A DNA stretch of 61,350 nucleotides, counting the filler, from Rhabdomonas costata (taxonomy: Eukaryota), in NCBI GenBank assembly GCA_019059605.1. It is 16 parts of 16 records of this genome, joined end to end, with 100 filler letters (N's around TTAATTAATTAA, not from the genome) between each part and the next. Parts side by side here need not be neighbours in the genome. Positions count along the whole stretch, not along the records: positions 11,540 to 15,282 come from JAHMHO010000555.1; positions 15,383 to 19,123 come from JAHMHO010000556.1; positions 19,224 to 22,973 come from JAHMHO010000557.1; 13 more parts are not named here. One strand, 5' to 3'. A program made the position numbers and the translations under genes. Positions 11,540 to 23,073 of the stretch are shown here, piece by piece (within the stretch, counting starts at the first letter, position 1; each line of letters starts with the position of its first letter). Below the pieces are notes generated by a model. It saw nothing but the letters and a program-made list of their open reading frames with translations, ran no database searches and was not told the origin of the DNA.

Positions 11540-13669
11540 GGGGGTTGTTTTTCCATTGCTGTCTGTGAAGACTTTAACTTTGGCACAATGGAAGTAGTGC
11601 TTCCAACAATCTACAGCGTCTACAAGTACCAGCATTTCATTTTCGTGTGGGGGGTAATTAACGTTATGTCTATTCAACTTCGTAGAGGTGCACACAATTA
11701 TGCAAAGGAAATTCGAGTCATCAATCTAGCACAACCATGCTCCTATGGCTGTGTATGAAGCGTCGGTGTAGAAAATTTAGGGTTTGTACCGGTCCGGAAA
11801 GGCCAATAAAAGATACAGAAGAATGTAGGACTTCAGTACATTGAATGCTTGCTGTTTGGCTGCGCCACAGTTCCACGGCTTCTTCTTTGCAAGCAAATTG
11901 GTGATGGTGGTCACCACCATCGCAAACTGCGGGAAGAATCGATGGTAGAAGCCTCAAATTTCGAAAAAAAAAACATTCGACGTTTTTGACGTTCCTGGGG
12001 GTCTGCCACTCCGAGATTGACTGCAATTTTCCGGTACTGGGAGGATACCTCCGTTGCCAACAATGTAACCGACTAATTCGATTTACGGCAGTAAAAAAGA
12101 GCACTTCGTCAGCTTTAAGAAAGCTGCTCTCGGCGGAGGCGGTCCAGGACTTGCAGGAGATATTCAGATGTTCAGATGTTCAGATGATGTTCAGAAATGT
12201 TCAGATGCTTCTCGTAGGTTTCTGAAAAGACAACAATGTCGTCGACGTAGACGTCGGTGAAGTCCGCCATGTCGGCAAAAGCAAAGTCCATGGTTTGGTG
12301 GAATGTAGCTGTGGCGTTGGTCAATCCGAATTGCATCACAGTCCATTCGAAGGCAAACTTCGTCTGTAATGATGTCTTGTGCTTGTCTCCGTATCTGATT
12401 CGAATCTGGTGAAAACCACTCGACAAGTCCATCTTCGTGAAGTAGCAAGCTTTCGCTAAACGTTCCAGCATCTCACAGATTCTCTGCAGATGGTACTTGT
12501 CATTGGCTGTGATTCGATTCAGGGCACGGTAATCAATGACCATTCAACGGGACTTGTACTTCTTGTCTCGGATCAGGACGCTCGCTCCAAAGGGGCTCAT
12601 AGACGGTCGGATTCTTCAGGCTTCTATCAGCTCGTCGAGTTGATTCTGGACATCTGTATGATCAATGTGAGACATCCGGTACAATTGGTGTGCAGGAGGC
12701 TTTTTACTTGGTTCAATTTCAATTCTATGGTCTGTCGATCTGGAGGGGGGAGTCCGGATGGAAGCTTGTCTGAGAAGACATCTCTGAACTCAACGACCAG
12801 TCGAGTGATCTCCTGCAGTGGAGACGGGCTGCCGGCACCTGCCGTGATGGACTTTGGAGATGGTTGTCGGCTCATCCCAATTATGGTCTTTTACGCCTCT
12901 GCGGGCAGTCTGCAGAAATTCCAGACTCTTGACGATCTCGGTGCGCTCCTCGGGTATGAGGTCAATTTCTTCACTGGGGGTCCGCCCCATCCAGCTCGAG
13001 CAGTGGAGCAGCGAGCTTTGACTGATTTGGCTTCGAGGTGGGCGTTTTGTCAATAGGCGCTAATGGTTTGGTGGAGTTTTCCACTGGCTCGAAATTGTTC
13101 CCCACAAATTCAAATAAAAGGCACCTGTCTGGGAATGAGTGCGCTTGAACTTGGTAGGTCCGAACCTGGTTGTGGAGAGTGATCTGACGGGTTTCCCAGT
13201 CGGTTTTGACTCTGAAGTACCAGGTGAACTGGTATCAGAAAAAATGCGGTATTTGAAATGTGATTACCTTGAGAGCTAGTCGGAGTCTGAGGTCACCTAT
13301 TCGCAACACAGGACGAACAAAGGTGTCGACTGGGACGCTGTTTCCGTCCACATGTGTCATCGGAATCTCTCGGGGCAGCTTTTGTCGAGTCAGATCGAGA
13401 GCATCTGCTACGGTAGACGAGATGAAATTGTCGCTGCACCCGGAGTCCAGCATGGCGCTGACGTTTTGCCCAAACATTTGAACCGGAGCGATTCGGTCTG
13501 CGGCAGCTACATAGAGGTTGCGAAACGTAGTGGGTTTGTGGATGGTTCGACACTGGGCCGGGTAATCCCATTTACTCGGATCTCTACGAACAGAGTTGAT
13601 GTGCGGTATGGCTTTTCGAGCTCGAGTTCGGTATCTTCGAGATGCCTGGATTCCTGCTAACCTGGTCAA
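11540..13669 (-). mobile_element. Decayed Ty3/gypsy LTR retrotransposon pol (protease-RT-RNase H)
   Basis: Protease: SAMLDSGCSDNFIS. RT: IDYRALNRIT, YFTKMDLSSGFHQIRI, VMQFGLTNATATF, VYVDDIVVFS. RNase H: TDAS and YPPHENEMLVLVDAVDCWKHYF. Multiple frameshifts and stops. Confidence 0.95.
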
Positions 13670-15743
13670 GGTCGACTGTATGCGTCCCGGCGTTGGATAG
13701 GGGTAACGGCAGATCCTTTCATAGAGTGTCGGAGAGTCGCATGAATTAAAGGCTCCTTCGGCTCACTAGCTTGCTCTGCTGGATTTGAACCTACCGCCAG
13801 AGTCTGCGGTCTCAGCTTCGTAGTTCCGACCGTCGGCGTTACGCTGTGGAGGTGAGTCGTTGCGGGGAGCCGAATGAACGGAATGGGTTGGGGCGACATT
13901 GGGGAATCACCCCCATGGGGGCTCTAAACCGGCACGGCAGCCGGCCTACAAAAGGCTACTTATCAGCAAGCACCCTCCTTTTTCATTTCGGGGGATGGGG
14001 CAGTGATAGGTATAGTCCGCAATTATCCCCCTAAAATATCTGTTGTTTTTAAAGGTGTCCCGTAAATGAGGGATTTGGGGCAGCTCCTTCCTTGGTTAGG
14101 TGCAAAACAAACCCGGTTGGTTGGTGAGGTCACGTTTTGGAACGGCCGACCCACCTAGGAAGTTGAGGGAGAAAGGTCAAAAAGGGAACCACCAGCGCTG
14201 CCGGTGCCGGCAGCCGCCGGACACAGCGACCGTCCAGTACCATGTAACCCTAACCGTCTTTGGCGGGGCCCGAACTTGGTCGTTAAGTTGATGAAAAGTC
14301 ACGGTCTCACCCAAGAGCGCCAGCAGCCGCCGGTCTTCCAAGCCACCTTCGCAACGAGCGTGGTACTCCGCTTTGCCATGCGGCAGTTTTTCTAGGTGGC
14401 TTTTTTGGACCGCGGGCTTTGGCAAAGCCCATGAGTCCCCATTTCGAGCAAAAAAATTGCCAAGTTGTTTTTGGGGCGAAAAAGCCTTCGAAATGTTCGC
14501 TCAAACCTTCACTCAAAATCTTTACTCACCGTCATTCATTTGTTTTCACCTCAACTTCAGTTCCCAGGGCAATAACCTCCGCGTCCCGGACAGAGCTTTT
14601 CACTGGTGGAATTTCAGGTCCTCTTGAAGTTCATGCTTGGGCAGTCACTGTTCTAGGAAACCTCTGCCTCTGCTCATGAAACCATTTGGAGATCATTCTA
14701 CCTGTTGTCACTGCACTTTGCCGGAAGAGAGACAAACATGGGCGACAAGAACAAACTCCATTGCAGTAATCAACCAACCGCATTTTTCAGCCAGTACTAT
14801 GTGAAGCAAGCAGAGCCCCGCCAGGGGTTAGTAATGCAGCTGGGAAATCATTCCATACTCCTCATGCACGCGAGTTTCAAAAGAATTCATTGCCTGCGCA
14901 TCCCTTTGTCAATAGAAACAGCTAAATTACGGCAAGCTTCCACCAGAGGTAACGACAACAGCAAGAAGTGCAGCAGTTAGCCAGAGACTCACAGCAACAA
15001 GCTGAATCCGCCTTCTTCAAGTCCCAAAAAGCCCGCTCCACGCTCTCTCATCTCACTTTGCCTTATCTGCACATCCTCCTGCTGAGCTTTCAGGCTTTTT
15101 GACACAGAGTCATCACAGCCGAACCGAGCAGTAATCCAGTAGTGTACCGCGCTGTTTTTGTTGACATAGAGAGGAGGAAACACCCAAGGACTTTAACATA
15201 GGAATCTCCTGGGAAATGTTACAGGTCTCTCGCAAGTGAATACGACAGTACATACACACGACTCCCACACACATACACACACNNNNNNNNNNNNNNNNNN
15301 NNNNNNNNNNNNNNNNNNNNNNNNNNTTAATTAATTAANNNNNNNNNNNNNNNNNNNNNNNNNNNNNNNNNNNNNNNNNNNNACATGATGGAAGATGACT
15401 TCGTGATGCTCGGTACCTCGCATCACTCCTCTACGTTCTGTTGATCACGTGTCGTCACTCCCCGACTGACGTCGGTCCGTTCCAGAATGAGAAACTGGTG
15501 ATGAGCAAAATCGCCCAAACGGACTTGGAAAGAGGCAGAGGACTTCCCACCGAAACCTCGGAAAACTCCGGGAACTAACGAGCGGAGGAGGGCGGACGTT
15601 TGCACGCACAGGCGGAGAAGGGGGTACTGATCACATGCCTCTCTATCCCTCCCACTCTCCGGCTCATGTGAAAAACGTTATCTTGGGGAACAGTGAGTCT
15701 CTAACTTCATTTGGGGTCTTACTCAGCTCTTCTGTTGCTGCAG

Positions 15744-18199
15744 GTCCTGCCGTTGGGTGCCCTCTACACTCCGCTGAAGGATGTGGGTGCACCCGCCCTC
15801 CCGGAAAACCCTGTTTTGTGCAAAGGCTGCAAGGCCGTGGCCAATCCGCACTGGTGTGAAGAGCCCACCTCAACCTCTTCTCTATTTCTGTGGTGGTTGC
15901 TCTTTTTCTTCCGTTTTTTTTCCCTTTCGCTTGCTTTGGTTTCGTTCGATTGGGGAATGGGTGTGGTTTTATAAAGCAGACCAAAACTCGCCCGGGCCGG
16001 GGGGCTGCTAAACTTGGTCAAGTAGTTTCTGAAAGAGTCGTCAATGGAGTTACTAAAATTTGGACGGACGCGCTAGAATGGTTGGAAACAGCAGCTGTCC
16101 CTCATGTGACATGTGACACGTGCAGCTCGCAATTTAGTTGCACGCTGCACAACATTTCCCAGCGAATTGAAAGAGAGTTAAAACGCTTTTCTGGTATTTT
16201 CTTTTCTTCCTTCTTCACGGCATGTTCATTCACCTGAAGTGTGTAGACGTTGAATTTCAGCTTTGGTCTATCCCCACCACCACTACCACCAATTTTGGAC
16301 AGATGAACTGGATGAAACCTTGTGAATTTCAGAGTCGTTACCAAGCTGGCCCCATGTGCTCTCGATCTTTCTCCGCAGCCGACTTGATCCGGTGTCACGG
16401 CTTTGGGTCTGCCCCTTCTGCCTCAACCGCAATCCGCTCCCATCCGAGTTCCTCGGCGCACTGACTCCTGGGGGACCGGTGCCCCCTGCCTTGAGTTCTT
16501 CGACGGTGGAGTACATCCTTCCTGGGAGGCCGGCTGCTGGGCCCCCCGTGTTTTTCTACTGCATGGACACCTGCGTGCCCGCGGACGAGATGGAGGCTCT
16601 CAAGTGCGGCTTTAATTTCTTGTCGAGTTCGCTGCGTGGAAGTTGGTGGTAATGTACCAACAAGAACGCAAGAACGCAGCATAGCCACTGCCGCCTTCAT
16701 TGATAAAACTGGCTTTTTTTTGACGTGCACGTGAGGTAATGTGCGCCGTTGCATGAGCACCGCTCCTTTTTTTCTCGCTTGTCCTCCCTTTGAGCCCATG
16801 ATGGGGCACCGTGCGTCAGTAGGAATGACTTGCGATCCTTGTGCATAAAGTCCATCTGCCCACTTGGTCGTATCATTTCAGGGATTCGGTTGTGCAGTCA
16901 CTCTGCCTTTTGCCCGAAGACTGCTACGTTGGGCTGATCACCTTCGGAACTTTTGTATGCCTGCGGGGTCCTTTTTTGTGGTGAGTGAAGCATCCTCGCT
17001 GTTGGAACAGACATAATCAGATGGAACATCAATTCGGAGGGATAAGGAAACAGTTAGAGAAAATGGAAAGGAAACCTTCCTTGCACAGGAGGGAGTTGTC
17101 GACGCTAAATGGCTTAAATGGTGCTAGTCACGAGAGATTCCTGACTTTTCGGGACGTGTCATCATTAGCCATCATCAGAACTCGTGTAAAAAACAAAAAA
17201 AAATAAAAACACATGTATTGAATCCGACGTAGGTGCGGTTGAACTTTGAAACCAGGTGCGAGTGTAGTGAGGGAAATTCCAGAACATTTCTGTTTTTCCT
17301 TGGACCTCGTAAGCGGCGGCGTCCGGGACAGTGATAATTGAACTCCGCGGGTCTGGCTACCAACTAGGTTAAAGTTGGATGGACTGCTGGATTGTGGTGT
17401 GTGTCAGGTGACGATTTGGGAGCTTGGGTTTGGGGAGCTGCACAAGTCGTACGTCCTCAACGGGACCCGGGAGTACACCCCGCAGGAGGTCCGCGAGTAC
17501 CTTTGCCTGCACCACGCGCCCTCCGCAGGTAGTCTTCGTGCGTACCCCCACATCGCCATATCCCGTTTTTATGTTCTTTGCACCTTTTTTCCACTATATC
17601 TCAGATAAACAATTTGTGGCATTACCTTGTGTGCATTTTTTTCTTATTTCAATGCTTGCTGCTGCTGCGGAAGTCAGACAGCCTTTGCAGAGAGGGGGGG
17701 ATCGCTCAGAGAGAACGAACTAAAATCCTATGGGGAAACACCATCTTGCGCCTTCGGTCGCCACTTGTGCGGGCGTTGGTGGTGATTGCCCAAAAGCAGT
17801 GGTCGCGGAAAAACGGTTGGGGAGAACCAAAAACTATTGTGTACCCCACTTTTTGTGCGTTTTTTCTCTTGCTCTGGTGGCTTGCTTTTTCTTTCACTTT
17901 GGTGTCGAAGAACGAGGGCAACGGAAGGGAAGTCTCCTGGGGCCCACTTTTTTGATTTACGGTTTCTTTCTTCTTCTTACTTCTGATGCGGGTGCGAAGG
18001 TGCCGGACCTGGGGCTCCGGGGGCGGTGACAGTGGCGCCCGGTGTGGTGGGGAGGTTTCTGGTACCGTTGCGGGAGTGCGAGCTGGCACTGACCTCGGCC
18101 GTGGAGGAGCTGTGCCCCGACGCCTGGCCAGTCAAACCTGACACTCGCCCCCTGCGCTGCACGGGTACCGCCATGGACCTGTGCGTGACCCTGCTGCAG
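15744..18199 (+). CDS. SEC23: COPII coat protein Sec23; partial, 5 exons
   Basis: Exons 15744-15853, 16379-16603, 16882-16954, 17408-17528 and 18000-18199. Motifs: PLGALYTPLK, zinc finger CKGC..NPHC..WVCPFC.NRN, VEYILP, FYCMDTC, VGLITFG, RFLVP, RPLRCTGTA. Confidence 0.93.
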
Positions 18200-18578
18200 G
18201 CGTGTGTGGCTTGTGCTTGCAGGAAATAGTAGCGAGGCGACGGGTTGGTTGGAGTTCCCTTGTGGTTTCCGTTTTACGTCTGCCCAGCAGCAAAGGGGTG
18301 GCCCGCATTCAGTAAGCGAGAGTCAGCTGGACGCGGAAGTATTTCCACAACAAAAATGTTTTTGTGTGCCCGGTATCCCATCAGCCAGAAAGGCACTGCA
18401 AGAATTGAAGTGGTTTGGAAAGGCTGAAGCGCGTACCGAAGGCGAAACTTCATTTACAATAATTCCATTTAATTCCGTTTCCATTTATTTTTTTCTTGGG
18501 GCTTATCTTGTAAAATCACGCTTCCGCTGTACAATGCTTGCGGCTGCTGCGGAAGTCAGACAGCCTTTGCAGAGAGGG
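17650..18578 (+). repeat. 47-bp intronic direct repeat (17650-17696 and 18532-18578, one mismatch)
   Basis: CAATGCTTGC(T/G)GCTGCTGCGGAAGTCAGACAGCCTTTGCAGAGAGGG lies on both sides of the fifth Sec23 exon. Confidence 0.9.
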
Positions 18579-19485
18579 ACCCACTGCCGCCGGTCGTTTC
18601 ACCCTGGCCGGTCTGCATTGATTTTCTGATTCTTTTTCATTTTTTCATTTTTTTAAGGGGCTTCGCTTGAATCTGAATCATTGACCGAAGGAGTGCGGGC
18701 AAATGGCATCCGTGAATGCCGCACACTAAGGCAGGACCCAGGCTTACGCAAAGGCGAAAGGGGGACTGCAGGCCACCCGGGGTGTACGAGCGCGGAGGGT
18801 TGGGCGCCCGCGAAGAGAACTCCAAACGCGCCAGTCGGGGTTCCCAAGGCCGCGTACTCCCACGGTCGTACGTCCCAAAGGGGACACGAACCCTGTGATG
18901 CAGGGGAGAGTACGTGAGGCAGCGAGGCGAGAAGGGGGTGAGGCCCGATTGGCCCATGCCCCATCGAGGGCATGGGACGAAGAGAAACGCAAGCCTTCCC
19001 TTCGCTCTCGTCGTAATAGCGTCCATATAAAGAACTATCGTTCAGCTGTTATGGTCGTTAACACAATTCAAGAGGCGGGTGGCGAGCTGACAGGCGCTTG
19101 AATTGTGTTAACGACCACAACAANNNNNNNNNNNNNNNNNNNNNNNNNNNNNNNNNNNNNNNNNNNNTTAATTAATTAANNNNNNNNNNNNNNNNNNNNN
19201 NNNNNNNNNNNNNNNNNNNNNNNTTTTGGGGTTTGGGTGTGTTGGTTTGGTGTGTGGGAAGTTTCTCATTGCGCATGTTTCCTTTGACAGGAGCACAGAG
19301 GCCCTAGTCCTTTCCTGCAATGAAAGCTTTGCAGGGCTGTGGTATGACGCCGAGTATCGTTTGTGATCGTTCAGCTGCTAAAAGACCTTTTCCCTCCAGG
19401 AGTTCGTTGTCCTCGTTTTTTCTCGGAAGGTCCTGCTGGAGACCCCTGTGCCCAAGTGCGTCGGGGTTGAGATTGTGCCCTCCAG

Positions 19486-22400
19486 ACACCAAAAAGCTGT
19501 GGGGGCTTTCGAGCAGCTGCTGCAGTCTCCCCTGGGGAAGGCCCGGGTGCAGCGCTCGGACTCCGAGCTGGAGCGTCGCAAGGCGGAGCTTGCCCGCCTG
19601 CACTCCGACCGCGGCGCCCTCGAGGCCCAGCTGAAGTGCGCACACAACACATAATGTGAGGGTGACGTTTGGGTTGTGGGGATGTGGTTCGGTATGAAAT
19701 GTAAAGGCGAGAAAAGACATACACGGTGTTTTGGAAAAAAAATGTACGCGTGCTGCGGGGTTCAGATTGGGTCAACTCTGAACACAGACCAGGTCTTTGT
19801 TGGTCTTTGAAGGAGACGTTTGCTATTTTTTCGGTTGCTGTTTGTGGAGATGTAAATTCTCGTGGGTGCTGCTATGTGCGCACATAAAAAAAATAAGGTG
19901 TATTGCGGACTCTCTGGAGGCCAACGAGCTGAACAAACAGCGGCTGGAGGATGACCTCAAGGCTAAGGAACAGGAGCTGACCGGCTCGCTGGTGTGTGGG
20001 GCTCGTGGCCGGAGAAGTGCTGCGTCCGTTTTCGCTGATTCGGCAAAACCCTTCTAATGTCTTAAACTGATGGCGGGCGGGTTGCCCCAAAGTGTCGAGT
20101 GAGGCTGCGATACAAATTCTGATTAGAAATGCGCTTCGCTGTGGTTTGCGTCCACGCTTCTGTTACAATTGCTCGTTCCATTAATCTTCTATTCTCTTAG
20201 TGCGTTTCTACACTCAAACCGGGCACCAGTATTTGCGCAGTATTCGCGGTTTCTCACATTGTCTCCTCCCTGATGCTGCAGGCCTCACACTCCTTCTTTC
20301 TTCCTGTCGGCTTTTCCGGGGATCTTTTGACCACGTTTTGCTCTCCTTGTTTAGCTGCGGCTGGACCAGCTGCAGGCGGTGTGTTCCACCGCCGAGAACG
20401 AGGTGGGCCGGCTCACGGCAATCATCTCTGAGAAGGACACCGAGGTGCAGCAGTCTCAACAGGCGATCTCGGACCTCAAGTGCGCGTCTCGAGTTGGCCT
20501 GACCCTCCGCCTTGTTTTGTGTTCAAAGAACATTTCAACCGAACATCCTAAGCACATCCGAACGTGAAAATTTAAGTGGCCATCACCGTTGCACCACAGT
20601 CACGGCAGTTTAAAAATGCACCCCTCCCCTCGCACCGAACGGACCAGGAGCCCTGCAAAGGAGATATAAGTTCTCATGAGAAAGAACAGTCACATTGCTC
20701 TCATGCTGCCGCACCCCAACCCACTTTGATTGAAAGGGCATTTTTCTGAGTGCGTGTAGTTGCGTTGCCTTCCGCCACGAAAAGGATCGCTTGTTCCCCC
20801 AGCCACCCACCCACATGTAATGCATCCCCCTATTGTAATTATCTTCTGTGCAATCACCCCAATCACTGGCACCACATTCGTCACGATTTTGCGACATTGC
20901 GTTCGTTTCCCGACTCAGCAGGGTCAGCAGGGTCTGACCCTGGCTGCGGAATTGCAGTGCGAATGTCGCCTTTGCCATTGAATCATTGCCGTACGGGGGA
21001 GGTTATAAAATTCTGCAGTTAGTGGGACTTTCTGTATGGGACAGGGATGAGATGCAGAGGCTCATCGATGATCATGAGCAGGAACGCCAGGATGCCCAGC
21101 AGAAGTACTTTGTGCTGAAGGCCAACAACGCTAGCCTGGGCCAGCGCTTGGGGGACTTGCGGAAAAAAGAGGCGCAGTACAAAGCCCGACTTGTGTATGT
21201 CCCANNNNNNNNNNNNNNNNNNNNNNNNNNNNNNNNNNNNNNNNNNNNNNNNNNNNNNNNNNNNNNNNNNNNNNNNNNNNNNNNNNNNNNNNNNNNNNNN
21301 NNNNNNNNNNNNNNNNNNNNNNNNNNNNNNNNNNNNNNNNNNNNNNNNNNNNNNNNNNNNNNNNNNNNNNNNNNNNNNNNNNNNNNNNNNNNNNNNNNNN
21401 NNNNNNNNNNNNNNNNNNNNNNNNNNNNNNNNNNNNNNNNNNNNNNNNNNNNNNNNNNNNGGGGGTTGTTTCCTCATCAGCGGAAGGTGAAACGGCGCCA
21501 AAACGAGCCACGGTGGTTTGCATGGGAACCACTAAGTTTCGGAACCCCTTCATCAAGATGCAACAGGACCTGTGCTGACAACTTGGGTCGTGGGTCGGCG
21601 AGTTTGCAGTGCCATTCAAACCCAAAAAGGGAGCGTTTTTGGTTTGAAATCGACTTTCAAATTTTTTGTCGATGTGTGTAGCCAAAAGTGGTTTTGAAGG
21701 ATTCAAGGCAACGGGGTTCCACTGAAGCAATCGGTCGAATTATGGTGAGAGAGAGAGAACAGATTTTTTTACGTGCGTTTAAGTCGGCTAAACTGCATTC
21801 TTTTGCTGGAGATTAGGACGAACCTTCTTGTGCGTCTTGCTTCCGGTTGTTGGAGGTTTATCTTTCCACCAGCTCAATGAAGAGGGTCATTCAGGACTGC
21901 GAAAGTGAGCAAATGGACCTGAGCTCGCAGCTGCAGGAGAAGCACGACCAGCTTTCTCTAGCAGAGGTGTGTGTGTGTGTATCTGTGTGTGGGAAGTGTG
22001 CAGAACAGCTCACTTAGGGTTCTCTTTTCTCTCATTTTGTGATTGTCCACCACCAGCCGTTGTTTTCTTGTCTGTTGCTGACACTGAGATTTTGTGGATC
22101 TTTTAAGAGCGAATGCTATTGCGATTCTGATGGGCTTCTGGCCCAAGTCCTTGACATCTCCGGTTCGTTTCGGGTCCTGTTACTTTTTTTAGCCCCACGG
22201 GTGTCTGTGTTTGGTCTGCACATCGCCTCAGGCTGAGCTTCAGCGTGCCGTGGAGGAAAACAAAAAGATGAGCGCCAGCGTTCATCTCAGGGAGGCCGAG
22301 AAGGAGGCAGCATGGTGTGCCTAGCGCACAGCCAAATACAACCATCGTTTTGACAGTTTTCGCCGCTCGTCCTGATTCTTAGGGGCGACCTACGGTTGCA

Positions 22401-22973
22401 GAACCGAACAATGAAGTTTGTTCTGGACAATGTTAACCAAACAGTTTTGACGCCCTCTCCCTCGACTGATCATTGATATGGACATGGATTTTTCATGTAC
22501 TTTTCTGTGTTTCCATTTGCCTGCACAACTCTCGAACAATCTGTCGCGCTGCTTCTTGAGCTGACGGCTGAATCTGTTTGCGATGCCTTTTCCTGGGGCT
22601 CAGAACTTCTGCCCGGTTTCTGAACTCGCTTTTTTCCTGCTTTCATGGATCCTCAGGTGAGATTCAACAGCAAGAAAACCGTAAATGCTCTATTAGCAGC
22701 CCGGGCCTCTTTTTTTCCCAGGCGGACGGGATCCCCAGCCACTTTCTGCCCGGCTAGAGCCCAGCCTACAATTCGTATTTGCGGTAAGAGCTTGTTTGTG
22801 TGTCCAAAGTTCCTCTTTCCTTCATCCTGCAGGCAAGAGGTTCAAGCCCGCGCAGAGGCCGTGGAGAAGCTCCAGGTGGATCGCCTGGTGTTGGAGCAGC
22901 AACTGCAGGACGTCAACGGCCGCGCCCGGGCCCAGTCGGGCGAGCTGGTAGCCCTAGAGGAGAGGCGGGCCGC
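19486..22973 (+). CDS. Long coiled-coil protein; partial, at least 7 exons
   Basis: GT-AG exons start near 19486, 19898, 20355, 21044, 21873, 22232 and 22833. They encode heptad-rich E/L/Q/K/R sequence, e.g. LEANELNKQRLEDDLKAKEQEL and EMQRLIDDHEQERQDAQQKY. Confidence 0.8.
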
Positions 22974-23073
22974 NNNNNNNNNNNNNNNNNNNNNNNNNNN
23001 NNNNNNNNNNNNNNNNNTTAATTAATTAANNNNNNNNNNNNNNNNNNNNNNNNNNNNNNNNNNNNNNNNNNNN

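Noticed and set aside
13770-13840. tRNA-like GGTTCAAATCC on the minus strand near the gypsy element
   Set aside because: The T-stem is imperfect and no cloverleaf can be built.
19052-19117. 21-bp inverted repeat
   Set aside because: It is at the contig end next to a primer-like tail and is probably a fold-back artefact.
20741-20760. TTTCTGAGTG, resembling the start of the euglenid spliced leader (also near 7321)
   Set aside because: The match ends after about 10 nt and the rest of the leader is absent.
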